Below, one piece after another: positions 49,859 to 59,446 of a stretch of 64,000 bases of DNA. How positions within the stretch are numbered: the first letter of the stretch is position 1; the number at the start of each line of letters is the position of its first letter. This DNA is from Terriglobia bacterium (GTDB taxonomy: Bacteria; Acidobacteriota; Terriglobia; Bryobacterales; UBA6623). The notes below the pieces were generated by a model. It had not been told where the DNA came from and did not search any database. It saw only the letters and a program-made list of their open reading frames with translations. The stretch lies in the NCBI GenBank assembly GCA_963824095.1, contig CAWGNS010000007.1, forward strand, positions 577,756 through 641,755. The letters run 5' to 3'. A program made the position numbers and the translations under genes.

Positions 49859-51376
49859 GAGCGTGGTTCGCCTTCAGGCTCCGCGCGGCCCGCCGCCGGA
49901 GCGTACCCCAGTTCCTGGAGCACCCGACGGGCCACTTCCCGATCGTCAAATGGAATCGACGTTTCGCCGATGCGCTGATAGGTCTCGTGGCCCTTGCCGG
50001 CAATCAAAACAATGTCGCCGCGCCTTGCTTCCACAAGGATTTTCCGGATCGCCTGCTCGCGGTCGGGCTCGGTCTCGAAGCGCGCGTCCACCCGCTGCAG
50101 CCCGATCCGGATGTCGTTGATGATCAGCAACGGATCCTCGCTGCGCGGATTATCCGATGTAAGAATTACGTAATCGCTCAAACGCCCGGCAGTTTCTCCC
50201 ATCAGCGGGCGCTTGGTGCGGTCGCGGTCGCCGCCGCAGCCGAACACGGTCAAAATCCGGCCCGGCCGCTTGGAGCGGGCCAGCAACTGCCGCGCCGACT
50301 GAATCAGGTTTTCCAGCGCGTCGTCGGTGTGGGCGTAATCGACGATCACCAGGAAGCGCTGCCCCTCGTCGACCGGCTCGAAGCGCCCCGGGACCGGCCG
50401 GCAAGCGGCGATACCGCGGCGGACGCCTTCCAGGTCAATGCCCAGCGACAGGCCAGCCGCGGCCGCCGCCAGCAGGTTGTGGACATTGAATTCGCCCTTG
50501 AGCGACGAGGCGATCGAGACCGTTCCCTGCGGCGTCTTGAGCCGGAAGCGGATCCCGGAAAAGTCGACCTGCACGTTTTCGGCCCGAAACGCCGCCTCCG
50601 GGCCCGAGCCGTAAAGCATCGGCTCGAAGCCATCGAGCGCGGCGAACTCGCGGCCCGCCGGGTCGTCGGCGTTGATCACTCCGATAGCGCGGCGGCGCGC
50701 CGCCGGCGCCTTCGAACAGCCGCCGCTTGGCGCGCGCATAGCTGGCCATGTCGCCGTGATAGTCGAGGTGGTCGCGGGTCAGGTTGGTGAATACGGCCGT
50801 GTGAAAGTCCATCCCAAAAACCCGCCGCAGCTCGAGCGCGTGAGAGGAAACCTCGAGCGTGGCGTGCGTGCCGCCCTGCTCGAGCAACTCGACCAGGTAG
50901 CGCACCAGGTCGAGCGATTCGGGCGTCGTGTTGACCGCCGCGTAGCGCCGGTCGCCGATCTTGTGCTCGATGGTGCCCAGCCGCGCCGTCACTGCGCCGG
51001 CGGCCTGCAGAATGGCGTCGACCGCGTAGACGGTGGTCGTCTTGCCGTTGGTGCCGGTGACGCCGGTCAGCTTGAGGCGGCGGTCGGGCCGGCCGTAAAA
51101 GCGCAGCGCCGCCAGCGCCAGCGCCTCGCGCCCGTGAGCCACACGCACCCAGACGTTTTCGAGTCCGGCCGGGGCGTCGCGTTCGCTGACGATCGCCGCG
51201 GCGCCCGCCGCCAGCACGGGCTCGACAAAGCAGTGTCCGTCGACGTGCTCGCCCGGGAACGGAAAAAAGACCTCTCCACGGCGGATTTTGCGCGAGTCGT
51301 ATTGCAGGCCGGCGACGACGCAGTCGGGTATCGGCCCCCGAACCTGTTCCGCGTCCAGGAGCTCGTCCAGCTTCAT
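49855..51376 (-). pseudogene. murE: murE (UDP-MurNAc-L-Ala-D-Glu--2,6-diaminopimelate ligase) split by an apparent 1-nt insertion, or an assembly error
   Basis: ORF 50435..51376 is good MurE up to ...YARAKRRLFEGAG (GVTGTNGKTTT present). ORF 49855..50739 in another frame is good MurE from AIGVINADDPAG onward (DNPRSEDP present). The switch lies in the GC-rich run at ~50690-50715. Confidence 0.8.
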
Positions 51377-53562
51377 CGCACCGCCGAGCCCCCCGGGACT
51401 CCCTGCGCAAAAGCGACGTGCACCGTCGCGCCGCGCACCACGGGCGTGCCCGCGGCCGGCGATTGCCGCAACGCCACGCCGCTACCGCGAATATCGAGCT
51501 GCAGGCCGAGCGAGGCGCTCTGGGCGACGACGTCGCGTACCGTGCGGCCCTGGAAATCGGGTACCACGCGGTCGGTGACGCGCAAGGCGACGTCTCCGGA
51601 GCCGGACGGCGCCGCGTCCGCCGCGTTGTTCGACTTAACCAAGTCCTGGGGATCGGGCTCGGAAAGCGGTCCCCGTACACCCATCGCCGTGACCACGATG
51701 GCGCCCTTGCCGCCGCCCTGCGAGTTCGCGGTCTCTTCCACCCAGGGCTCGTTGACATACTCCGCCAGTTGCTCGGGGTCGATGCGGCGCGAGGGGTGCT
51801 TCTGCGGGGGGACCGGCAAGCTGGGCCGCACGTCGCGGAAGCGCAGCGCCTGCGCGGCCAGGCGCGAAAACACCGGCCCCGCCACCTGTCCGCCATAGTG
51901 ACTGCCTTCGGGCGAGTCGATGGCGACCACCACCACGATCGAGGGGTCGTTTACCGGTGCGAAGCCCACAAAATTCGCGATGTAGTCGTTAGGGGAATAA
52001 GCGCCCGTATCGGGATCGATCTTCTGGGCCGTACCGGTCTTGCCGGCGGCGCGATAGCCGGGGATCTGGGCCGCTACGCCGGTGCCGTCCTGGATCGTCT
52101 TTTCCATCATCGCGCGCAGCATGGCAGCCGTCTGCGCCGTGATGATGCGGTGCGGCGGGTCGGTGGCGTAGCGTTCGCGGTGGCCGTCGGGCGACACGAT
52201 GGCGTCGACGATGCGCGGCTGCACCAGCAGGCCGCCGTTGGCGATCGCCGCCGCCGCGCGCACCATCTGCACCGCCGTGACGCCGATTTCCTGCCCGAAC
52301 GCAATCGAGTCCAGCGACATCGACTGCCATTGGTCGACCGGCCGCAGCAGGCCCTCCAACTCGTTGGGCAGCGGCAGGCCGGTGGTTTCGCCGAACCCAA
52401 AGCGCCGGATGTATTCGTAAAAGCGCGGCGCGCGCAGCCGCCGTGCCAGCTTCACCGCCCCGATATTGCTCGAGTGCACCAGGATGTCGGTGACGCTCAG
52501 GTTCTTATACGGACTGTGGTCGCGAATCAGACGCCGGCCGGCGTAGAAGGCGCCGTTCTCGCAATAGATCACTTCGTTGGGCGTCGCCAGGCCCTCTTCA
52601 AGCACCGCCGACAAGGTCACGATCTTGAACGTCGAGCCGGGCTCGATCAGGTTGCTGATGGCATAGTTGCGCCAGGTCTTGATGTCGGCTTTGGAGTGCG
52701 GCCGCTCCTCGGGGTCGAACGTCGGCCAGTTCGCCATCGCCAGCAGGTCGCCGCTGTGGGGGTCCATCACGACCACCGTGCCCGCCTGCGCGTGCGTCTC
52801 TTTCACACGCTGGCGCAGCTCGCGCTCGGCCAGCATCTGGATGCGCTGGTCGATCGTCAGGATCAGGTCCGAACCCGGCACCGGCTCGCGCAAAATGCGG
52901 CTGGCGTAGTGGTTGCGCAGCGCGTCGTACTGCACCAGGTTTTTGCCCGGCGTCCCGCGCAGCTTGGCGTCGAACTCCTGCTCGAGCCCCGCCAGCCCAA
53001 AGTGATCGGTGCCCACCGACCCCAGGATGTGGGCCGCCACGGTGCCTTTGGGGTAATAGCGCTTGCTCTCTTTCTCGAAATGGATGGCGGTGAGATTCAG
53101 GTGCCGCACGCGCATCGCCTCGCCCGGTTCGGCGAAGCGCTTCACCCACTCGAAATTTTCGCCGCGCAGCTTGCGGTCGAGCGTCGAGCGGTCGATGTCG
53201 AGCACCTGGCGGAGCATCGCCGAGGTGAACGCGACGTCCTGCACCTTTTCGGGAAACACGCCGATCGAGTCGACCGGAGTGCTCAACGCCAGCTCCTCGC
53301 CGAAGCGGTCGTAGATGGCGCCGCGGCTGGCGCTGACCTCGACGGTGCCTTCCTGCTGGCGCAGGGCTTTGGCGGTGAAACGGGAGGCCTGCCGGATCTG
53401 CATGTCGCCCATGCGGACGACCACGATCAACAGCCAGGCTAGCGCGAAAATGGCGAACAGGTAGATGCGGCGGGCGGTGCGTTCGGAGCTATCGGGGGCT
53501 CGCAGCCGGCTGACGGCGCTGCTATCGACCCGGGAGCCTCCGCGGTAGTGTATAACGGCCAT
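51373..53562 (-). CDS. ftsI: Division transpeptidase FtsI/PBP with a C-terminal PASTA domain
   Basis: STFK, SSN and KTGT motifs. A C-terminal PASTA-like region (VPDFQGRTVRDVVAQSASLGLQLDIRGSG). Confidence 0.9.
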   Translation of the reverse strand: MAVIHYRGGSRVDSSAVSRLRAPDSSERTARRIYLFAIFALAWLLIVVVRMGDMQIRQASRFTAKALRQQEGTVEVSASRGAIYDRFGEELALSTPVDSIGVFPEKVQDVAFTSAMLRQVLDIDRSTLDRKLRGENFEWVKRFAEPGEAMRVRHLNLTAIHFEKESKRYYPKGTVAAHILGSVGTDHFGLAGLEQEFDAKLRGTPGKNLVQYDALRNHYASRILREPVPGSDLILTIDQRIQMLAERELRQRVKETHAQAGTVVVMDPHSGDLLAMANWPTFDPEERPHSKADIKTWRNYAISNLIEPGSTFKIVTLSAVLEEGLATPNEVIYCENGAFYAGRRLIRDHSPYKNLSVTDILVHSSNIGAVKLARRLRAPRFYEYIRRFGFGETTGLPLPNELEGLLRPVDQWQSMSLDSIAFGQEIGVTAVQMVRAAAAIANGGLLVQPRIVDAIVSPDGHRERYATDPPHRIITAQTAAMLRAMMEKTIQDGTGVAAQIPGYRAAGKTGTAQKIDPDTGAYSPNDYIANFVGFAPVNDPSIVVVVAIDSPEGSHYGGQVAGPVFSRLAAQALRFRDVRPSLPVPPQKHPSRRIDPEQLAEYVNEPWVEETANSQGGGKGAIVVTAMGVRGPLSEPDPQDLVKSNNAADAAPSGSGDVALRVTDRVVPDFQGRTVRDVVAQSASLGLQLDIRGSGVALRQSPAAGTPVVRGATVHVAFAQGVPGGSAVR

Positions 53563-53643
53563 GGTCGGTCGGCGTCAAAGCGGGCGTACGGTCGAGGTGT
53601 GGACATCTACGAGATCTTCGAGCCGGACCGCGGCGGGGCCGTG

Positions 53644-54051
53644 TTACTGCACCCCGCTCGCCAGCGGTTCGCCCAGATGGTTCGCGGCCAGCTCGCTGGT
53701 CCCAGCCGGAGCCGCGGCGCCATCCTGCCAGTCGAACTGATCCGGCGGCGGCTCGACGAAGCCCTCGGCGGCGGCCAGCACCGAGATGCGCTGCAGATCG
53801 CTGAGCATCGCCTGGCGCACCTTCAGTTGCCGGTTGATCTCCAGCAGCGCCTGGTATTCCTTGTCCATGTCGGCTTGGCGGTAGCCGGAGTGCCGCAGCC
53901 ACGCGCGCGGCCCCGAACTCACCAGCAAGGCCAGCAGAATCATCGTGCCCGACACCACGAAGCGCAGCCAGGCCACCTTGCCCCGAGGATCGGCCTTACG
54001 CCGCACCCGCGAGTTATCGATATCTTTGATGAACAGCGTTACCTCTTCCAT
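53644..54051 (-). CDS. ftsL: FtsL-like division protein
   Basis: 135 aa, a single TM (VAWLRFVVSGTMILLALLVSS) followed by a coiled-coil-like region, positioned between rsmH and ftsI. ATG 54051 is preferred over the track start 54456. Confidence 0.6.
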   Translation of the reverse strand: MEEVTLFIKDIDNSRVRRKADPRGKVAWLRFVVSGTMILLALLVSSGPRAWLRHSGYRQADMDKEYQALLEINRQLKVRQAMLSDLQRISVLAAAEGFVEPPPDQFDWQDGAAAPAGTSELAANHLGEPLASGVQ

Positions 54052-54218
54052 CGGTAACGGCCGTGTTGCGGTCTGACGGCGAGAGAGTCCGGCCCGGACG
54101 GCGGGCCCCGCGCGAACCCCGTCATAAACGAAGCCCCGCGGCGTGGGGGAGTGGGTCGGAATTGCCGCGTGTCTTCTTGACGTCCGGGGCCGTGAACCGT
54201 CCGGGTCGAACTCAATAA

Positions 54219-54238
54219 CACAGGCGCGAGCGCCTGTG
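54219..54238. repeat. CAGGC-type hairpin
   Basis: CACAGGCG cgag CGCCTGTG. Confidence 0.55.
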
Positions 54239-54296
54239 CGCCGCAGGGGGGACGAACCTTGGTGTCCCTGCGAAGATCGTGCCAGTCGTTCCGAAA

Positions 54297-55208
54297 CTAA
54301 TTCTGCTGTCGCCATGCAATGTCCGTTCTTTGCGCGGCGCGCAATTTCGCACTGCGGCTGGCGGCGTTTTCCGCCGTCTCGCGTTCCGTGGGCCGCACCA
54401 CACGCTTGGTGAGGATTTCGAGCACCTGCTGCTCGGCCCAGTCCCGGAACGTCCACTTGACCAGCCGGTCTTCCAGCGAATGAAAACTCACCACCACCAT
54501 GCGCCCGCCCGGCGCCAGGAGCAGAGGAGCCGTCTTCAACAGCGTCTCGAGCTCTTCCAGTTCCTGATTCACCGCGATGCGTAGCGCCTGAAACGTGCGC
54601 GTCGCCGCATGAATCCGCTGCCGGGGCGCTCGGGGGACGGCGCGCTCGATAATTTCCGCCAAATGTACCGTGCTACGAACGGGTCGCCCCCGAACAATGG
54701 CTCTAGCTATTCTTCTGCTCCTCCTTTCCTCGCCGTACCGATAAATCAGATCGGCAAGCTCACTTTCCTGGTAATGGTTAACAATCTGATCCGCGGTCAT
54801 CGCCTGGCGCTGGTCCATACGCATGTCCAGCGGGCCTTCGCGGAGAAAACTAAAGCCCCGGTCGGGGTCCTCGATCTGGTTCCGGGAAAGTCCCAGATCG
54901 GCCACGACTCCTTGCAAGGGGGCGTCGACGGGGGAGTAAGCGGGGGATTGCGACCGCACCAGGCCCGCGATCTCGCCGTAGCAGGCCTGAATAAATTCGA
55001 CTTGGTCTTCGTAATCCTGCAAGCGCTTCCTCGCCCTTTCTATTGCCTCGGCGTCGCGGTCGACAACAATCAACCGCCCGGTGGTTAAACGCTTGAGGAT
55101 GGCCTCGGCGTATCCCCCCTCGCCCAGAGTGCAATCAAGATAGATGCCGGCTGGATCTACCTGGAGGTATTCCAGCACCTCGTCGAGTAAGACGGGGTAG
55201 TGTGGCAA
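54297..55208 (-). CDS. rsmH: 16S rRNA (cytosine1402-N4)-methyltransferase
   Basis: MPHYPVLLDEVLEYL, DCTLGEGGY and LAPGGRMVVVSFHSLEDR. Confidence 0.9.
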   Translation of the reverse strand: MPHYPVLLDEVLEYLQVDPAGIYLDCTLGEGGYAEAILKRLTTGRLIVVDRDAEAIERARKRLQDYEDQVEFIQACYGEIAGLVRSQSPAYSPVDAPLQGVVADLGLSRNQIEDPDRGFSFLREGPLDMRMDQRQAMTADQIVNHYQESELADLIYRYGEERRSRRIARAIVRGRPVRSTVHLAEIIERAVPRAPRQRIHAATRTFQALRIAVNQELEELETLLKTAPLLLAPGGRMVVVSFHSLEDRLVKWTFRDWAEQQVLEILTKRVVRPTERETAENAASRSAKLRAAQRTDIAWRQQN

Positions 55209-55211
55209 GCA

Positions 55212-55676
55212 CTACACCCCAAGGTTCGCGGCGTGTTTCTTATCCTCGGCGGTGAGCCGCTTCTCGACGGCGGTCTCATCGAAGCTCTTGGCGCTCAAGA
55301 CGAGTATGTGGTTGCTGTTCCACGTCATCTTGACCTCGCCCCTCATGCCCGCGGTCTCCCGCAAAACCGCGGGCACAAGGATGCGACCTTGGTTGTCCAA
55401 GGACTCCTCTGATCCAAACCGATTGGCCTGGAACAGAATCTTGTCTTTGACTTCGCCATCACCGTCCTTGCCTTCGGTGGACTTTTGCGATAGTCTGGCC
55501 TCGACGGCCTCCCATTCCTTGATGGGGAAAACCTTGACCTGCTCGCCGTCCAATGACGTTATGAACACTCGCGGATCCTCGTACAGCGTCTCGATCTGCT
55601 GCTTGACCAGAGCGGAAAACTTCAGTCGACCTTTCTCGTCGACCCGTCCGGTCTGCAGCCCTCGAAACAGGTTCAT
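55212..55676 (-). CDS. mraZ: Transcriptional regulator MraZ
   Basis: 154 aa with a duplicated SpoVT/AbrB-like halves pattern (DEKGRLKFSA / DNQGRILVPA). It is the first gene of the dcw cluster. Confidence 0.9.
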   Translation of the reverse strand: MNLFRGLQTGRVDEKGRLKFSALVKQQIETLYEDPRVFITSLDGEQVKVFPIKEWEAVEARLSQKSTEGKDGDGEVKDKILFQANRFGSEESLDNQGRILVPAVLRETAGMRGEVKMTWNSNHILVLSAKSFDETAVEKRLTAEDKKHAANLGV

Positions 55677-55710
55677 GCGGCTCTATAACCATTGGCGGCG
55701 GAAGCTCTGA

Positions 55711-55740
55711 TCGACCACTCTCGACCACTTTCGACCACTC
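55711..55740 (-). promoter_or_regulatory. Three direct 10-bp repeats (GAGTGGTCGA AAGTGGTCGA GAGTGGTCGA): candidate MraZ operator
   Basis: The plus strand reads TCGACCACTC TCGACCACTT TCGACCACTC, a perfect 10-bp periodicity. It lies 35-64 nt upstream of the mraZ ATG and just downstream of the putative -10. Confidence 0.65.
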
Positions 55741-55751
55741 GGAACCCCTTA

Positions 55752-55780
55752 AGAATGCCGCAGCAGATTTCCTTTGTCAA
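55752..55780 (-). promoter_or_regulatory. Putative mra promoter
   Basis: The minus strand reads TTGACA (55780-55775), a 17-nt spacer, then CATTCT (55757-55752). Confidence 0.5.
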
Positions 55781-56409
55781 GGGGAAAATGCGTCTAAGTG
55801 CTGGTGTATCTATACTTTTCCTGCGACGTACTAGATATTGTACTAGCCGATTAACGCTACTCCATATAGTGGGTCCGGAATCAATTTGGCGCTCCCTGCC
55901 TCCGCGGAAGCTGTTCGCGAATGCGGTGGTCCGGAGTGGCCCAAATCATGATTCTCATGCCGGTGCTCCAGCGGCCCTCGACGAAGCGTAACTGGTCTTA
56001 CAGAACAGGTGTAAGAGGCGGCACTGCGAGGCTCGGCGCTGGACTCCCCCAAGCCACACCGACCCCGCCGCGGCCCGGTCGGGCCCGCCCCGGCGCCTCC
56101 TGTACGCCGGCGTGCGCCAAAACGCCTTCCGGGCGGGTCTGCAGTGGTCGATCGCGGGGCTCGGGTCCGCTATTGAGGACAACGGCCCGCGGAGGCGGCA
56201 GATCGCGGGGTGCCAACGCCAGCCCGAAGGTGCCGACCACGGGCGGTTCCGGTTCTCGCTGGCTCTCGCCAGACGGCCGCTCTGATCGCCTGACCAACCC
56301 CGGCTCGCACGCTCCCGCTTGCGGCTCCGGGTGGAAATGGCTGGCCCGGGGGCGGCTCGCGTCGTAACCACTACCCCGCGCCCTACCCCAGTCCGCGGCA
56401 TCTGTTATC

Positions 56410-58377
56410 TTGGACGCGGTGCACGTCGTCGACGAACATCACGCCATCAACCAGGACCACGCCGAACGCGTTAAATACATCGGCTTCACGGCGTTCGTCG
56501 GCCTGCTGTTGCTGCTCAATGTTACGGGCCTGTTTCGCTACATTTTCGGTATCGATACGGCCATCTTCCTGACCCTGCTGGCGGGCTATAAGACCTTCTA
56601 TCGCGCCATCGGCGAGCTACTCGAAAAGCGCATTTCGGCGGACCTGGCGATCTGCGTGGCGGCCGTTGCGGCGTTGTCGGTGGGCGAGTACCTGGCCGCG
56701 GCCGAAGCCATGTTCATCATGCTGCTGGGCGAAGGCCTGGAAGCCTACGCCGCGGGGCGGACGCAGGCCGCCATCCACCGCTTTGTCGAACAGCTTCCCC
56801 GCCGGGCCCGCGTGCTGCGCGACGAGCTCGAAATCGAGGTGCCGGTGGAAGACCTGGTCCCCGGCGATACCATCGTCGTACGCGCCGGCGAGCGTATCTC
56901 GGCCGATGGGCTAATCGGCGCCGGCCAGTCGAGCATCGATGAAAGCCCGATCACCGGCGAATCGGTCCCGCGCGACAAAGGCCCCGGCGAGGAAGTGTAT
57001 TCGGGGACGCTGAACGGCCACGGTCTGCTGCACATTCGCGTCACGCACGCCGGCGAAGACAGCACGATCGCCCGAGTCGTCCATCTGGTCGAGCAAGCCA
57101 AGCAGCGCAAGGCGCCGGTGGTTCGCCTCGCCGACCACTACGCGCAGCTATTTTCTGCCGGCGCTATTGCTGGCCGCCGCCGCCACGCAGTATTTCACCG
57201 GCGACTGGCTGCGCACGGTGGCGGTGCTGATCGTCGGCTGCCCCTGCGCCTTGATTCTGGCGACGCCGGCGGCGATGGTCGCGGCGATCGGCGGGTTGGC
57301 GCGGCGCGGGATTCTGGTGCGCGGCGGGGCGGTGCTGCAAACCGGCGCCAAGGTCGACACAGTCGTCTTCGACAAGACCGGCACGCTGACCTCGGGCCGT
57401 TTTCGCATTCTTAAAATATTGACAGCGAACGGCGCCTCGGAGGACGAGGTACTGGCGCTGGGAGCGACCGCCGAAAGCGGCTCGGACCACCCGCTCGCCA
57501 AGGTCATCGTCGAACCGGCAAAGGCGCGCAAGCTGCCCTTCGACACCTCGACCGAAGCGCACATCGTCCCGGGCCGCGGCGCCGAGTGCCGCCTCGACGG
57601 GCGCGACATTCGCGTCGGCAACCAGGCGTTTCTGGCCGGACCACGGCGTCGAAGGCCTCGAACCCTTTCTCGAAGAAGCGGACCGCAGCGGAGCCACCGC
57701 CGTGCTGGTCGCCGCCGGCAACACGCTGGCCGGCGCCATCCTGCTGCGCGATTCCCCGCGCGACGGCGCGGCCGAGGCGATCCACGAGCTGGAGCATCTC
57801 GGCCTCACCCACGTCATTCTGTTGACCGGGGACCGCCGCCGCGCCGCCGAGGCCATCGCCCGCGAAGTCGGCATCCCCAACGTCGAAGCCGAGCTGCTGC
57901 CCGAGCAAAAACTCGAGCGTATCCGCCAGCTTCAATCGCAAGGCCGCGTCGTGGCCATGATCGGCGACGGCGTCAACGATGCGCCCGCGCTGGCGGCGGC
58001 CGACGTCGGCGTGGCAGTGGCGGGCTCAGGCGCCGATATCGCCGCCGAAGCCGCCGGCGTGGTCGATCTCAACTAATCGCTCTACAAGCTGCCGCGGCTA
58101 TTTGAAGTCAGCCGCCGCACGGTCGCAACGATCTGGCAAAACATCGTCGTCTTCGCCGGGCATCGTCAATGTCGTCGCCATCCTCGCCGCCGGGCGCGGA
58201 CTGCTGGGCCCGATCGCCGCGGCGGTCGTTCACCAGATCGCGTCGCTTTCGGTGATGCTCAATTCGGTGCGGCTACTGAAGGTCGAGCGCACCGCGCGGC
58301 CGGCTCGGCTGGTGGCAGCGGCTTTCGGGACAGGCTCGGGTTCACGCGCGGCTGGCAGGCGGCGTGGAGTTGGCTGA
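56410..58377 (+). pseudogene. P1B-type heavy-metal-translocating ATPase (CPC, DKTGT, GDGVNDAPAL) disrupted by three 1-nt insertions and one in-frame stop
   Basis: Homology runs through four frames or segments: 56410-57150, 57155-57637, 57639-58073 with TAA at 58074-58076, then SLYKLPRLFEVSRRTVATIWQNIVVFAG, then a shift at GGG 58158-58160 into GIVNVVAILAAG...LNSVRLL. Confidence 0.8.
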
Positions 58378-59446
58378 ACCGTATCGACCCGGCGCACGGA
58401 TTCGCCTGGCTCTGGCACCGCCGCCGGCGGCTCGTCAAACCGGCGCTGCAACGGCGCTGGCCTTGTGGGTGCTCAGCGGTATCTACATCCTGCCGCCCGA
58501 CGAGACCGGCGTCATCGAGCGCTTCGGCCGCAAGATCCTGCCTCACAGCCAGCCCGGCCTGCACTACAAACTGCCGTCGCCGATCGAGAGGCTGACACGC
58601 ATCAAGGCGCACCAGGCGCGCGCGCTCGAAATCGGTTTCCGTACCACGCAAGCTCCCGCTTACGCCGAGCCGCCCGCTTACGAATGGAACGTGCAGCACC
58701 GCGAAGGCCGCTTTCAGCCGCAGCCCGAAGAGGCGTTGATGCTCACCGGCGATCAGAACATGATCGAGATGACCGCCGTCGTGCACTACGACCTCGAGCG
58801 CCCCGACGACTATCTGTTCGAGCAAACCGATCCGGATACGACGATTCGCGTCGCCGCCGAATCGGTGCTGCACGGGTTGGTCAATTCGACGCCGCTCGAC
58901 GATCTGCTGACTACAAAACGCCAGGCTCTAGAACAGCGCGCCGTGGCCGAGCTGCAGCAGCGCATGGAGCGCTACCACACCGGCGCACGCATCCTGATGG
59001 TGAAGTTCCAGGACGTTCACCCCTCGGTCGAGGTCGTCGATGCGTTCCGCGAGGTGGCGGGCGCTCTCGAAGAAAAGAACCGCCTCATCAACGAGGCCGA
59101 AGGCTATCGCAACGAACAAGTGGCGCTCGCCCGCGGACGCGCCCAGGCACGCATCCGCGACGCCGAGGGCTATCGCGTCGGCCGCTCGACCCGTGCCCAG
59201 GGCGACGCCGCACGTTTCGTCAAGCTCGAAAGCGCCTGGCGTCTGGCGCCCGGTCCCAACGCGTCCAGACTTTACCTCGAAACGATGGAACAGATTCTGC
59301 CGGGCCGCCGCAAGCTGATTCTCGATTCGAAATCGGACGGTCGCCGCGCGCTCTATTCGATTGAAGACGGCGTGCTGGTGGCCCCGCCGGGAGCCTCGAT
59401 GACGCAACCGCCGCCCCCCTCCCCCGTGCCGCAAGAGGAGCCGTGA
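58364..59446 (+). CDS. hflK: SPFH/band-7 protein, HflK-like
   Basis: A TM (ALALWVLSGIYIL), an SPFH core, and an HflK-type C-terminal helix AEGYRNEQVALARGRAQARIRDAEGYR...GDAARF. The N-terminus (GTG 58364) is uncertain and overlaps the ATPase remnant. Confidence 0.7.
   Translation: MELAEPYRPGARIRLALAPPPAARQTGAATALALWVLSGIYILPPDETGVIERFGRKILPHSQPGLHYKLPSPIERLTRIKAHQARALEIGFRTTQAPAYAEPPAYEWNVQHREGRFQPQPEEALMLTGDQNMIEMTAVVHYDLERPDDYLFEQTDPDTTIRVAAESVLHGLVNSTPLDDLLTTKRQALEQRAVAELQQRMERYHTGARILMVKFQDVHPSVEVVDAFREVAGALEEKNRLINEAEGYRNEQVALARGRAQARIRDAEGYRVGRSTRAQGDAARFVKLESAWRLAPGPNASRLYLETMEQILPGRRKLILDSKSDGRRALYSIEDGVLVAPPGASMTQPPPPSPVPQEEP

Noticed and set aside
55840-56405. 148-aa ORFs on both strands (55921..56367+, 55955..56401-) in the mraZ-ATPase spacer
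   Set aside because: Both are Arg/Pro/Gly-rich GC-bias artefacts with no motifs. I cannot support a gene there, and the region is left unannotated.
58320-58460. Alternative N-terminus for the first HflK-like protein in another frame (…FAWLWHRRRRLVKPAL), which mirrors the WRQFVRRRNVSAALLLLW segment of the second HflK-like protein and would imply one more frameshift
   Set aside because: That frame has no ATG/GTG/TTG start in the region, and the junction cannot be placed from sequence alone. It is kept as a note only. Read-level checking of 58430-58455 would settle it.
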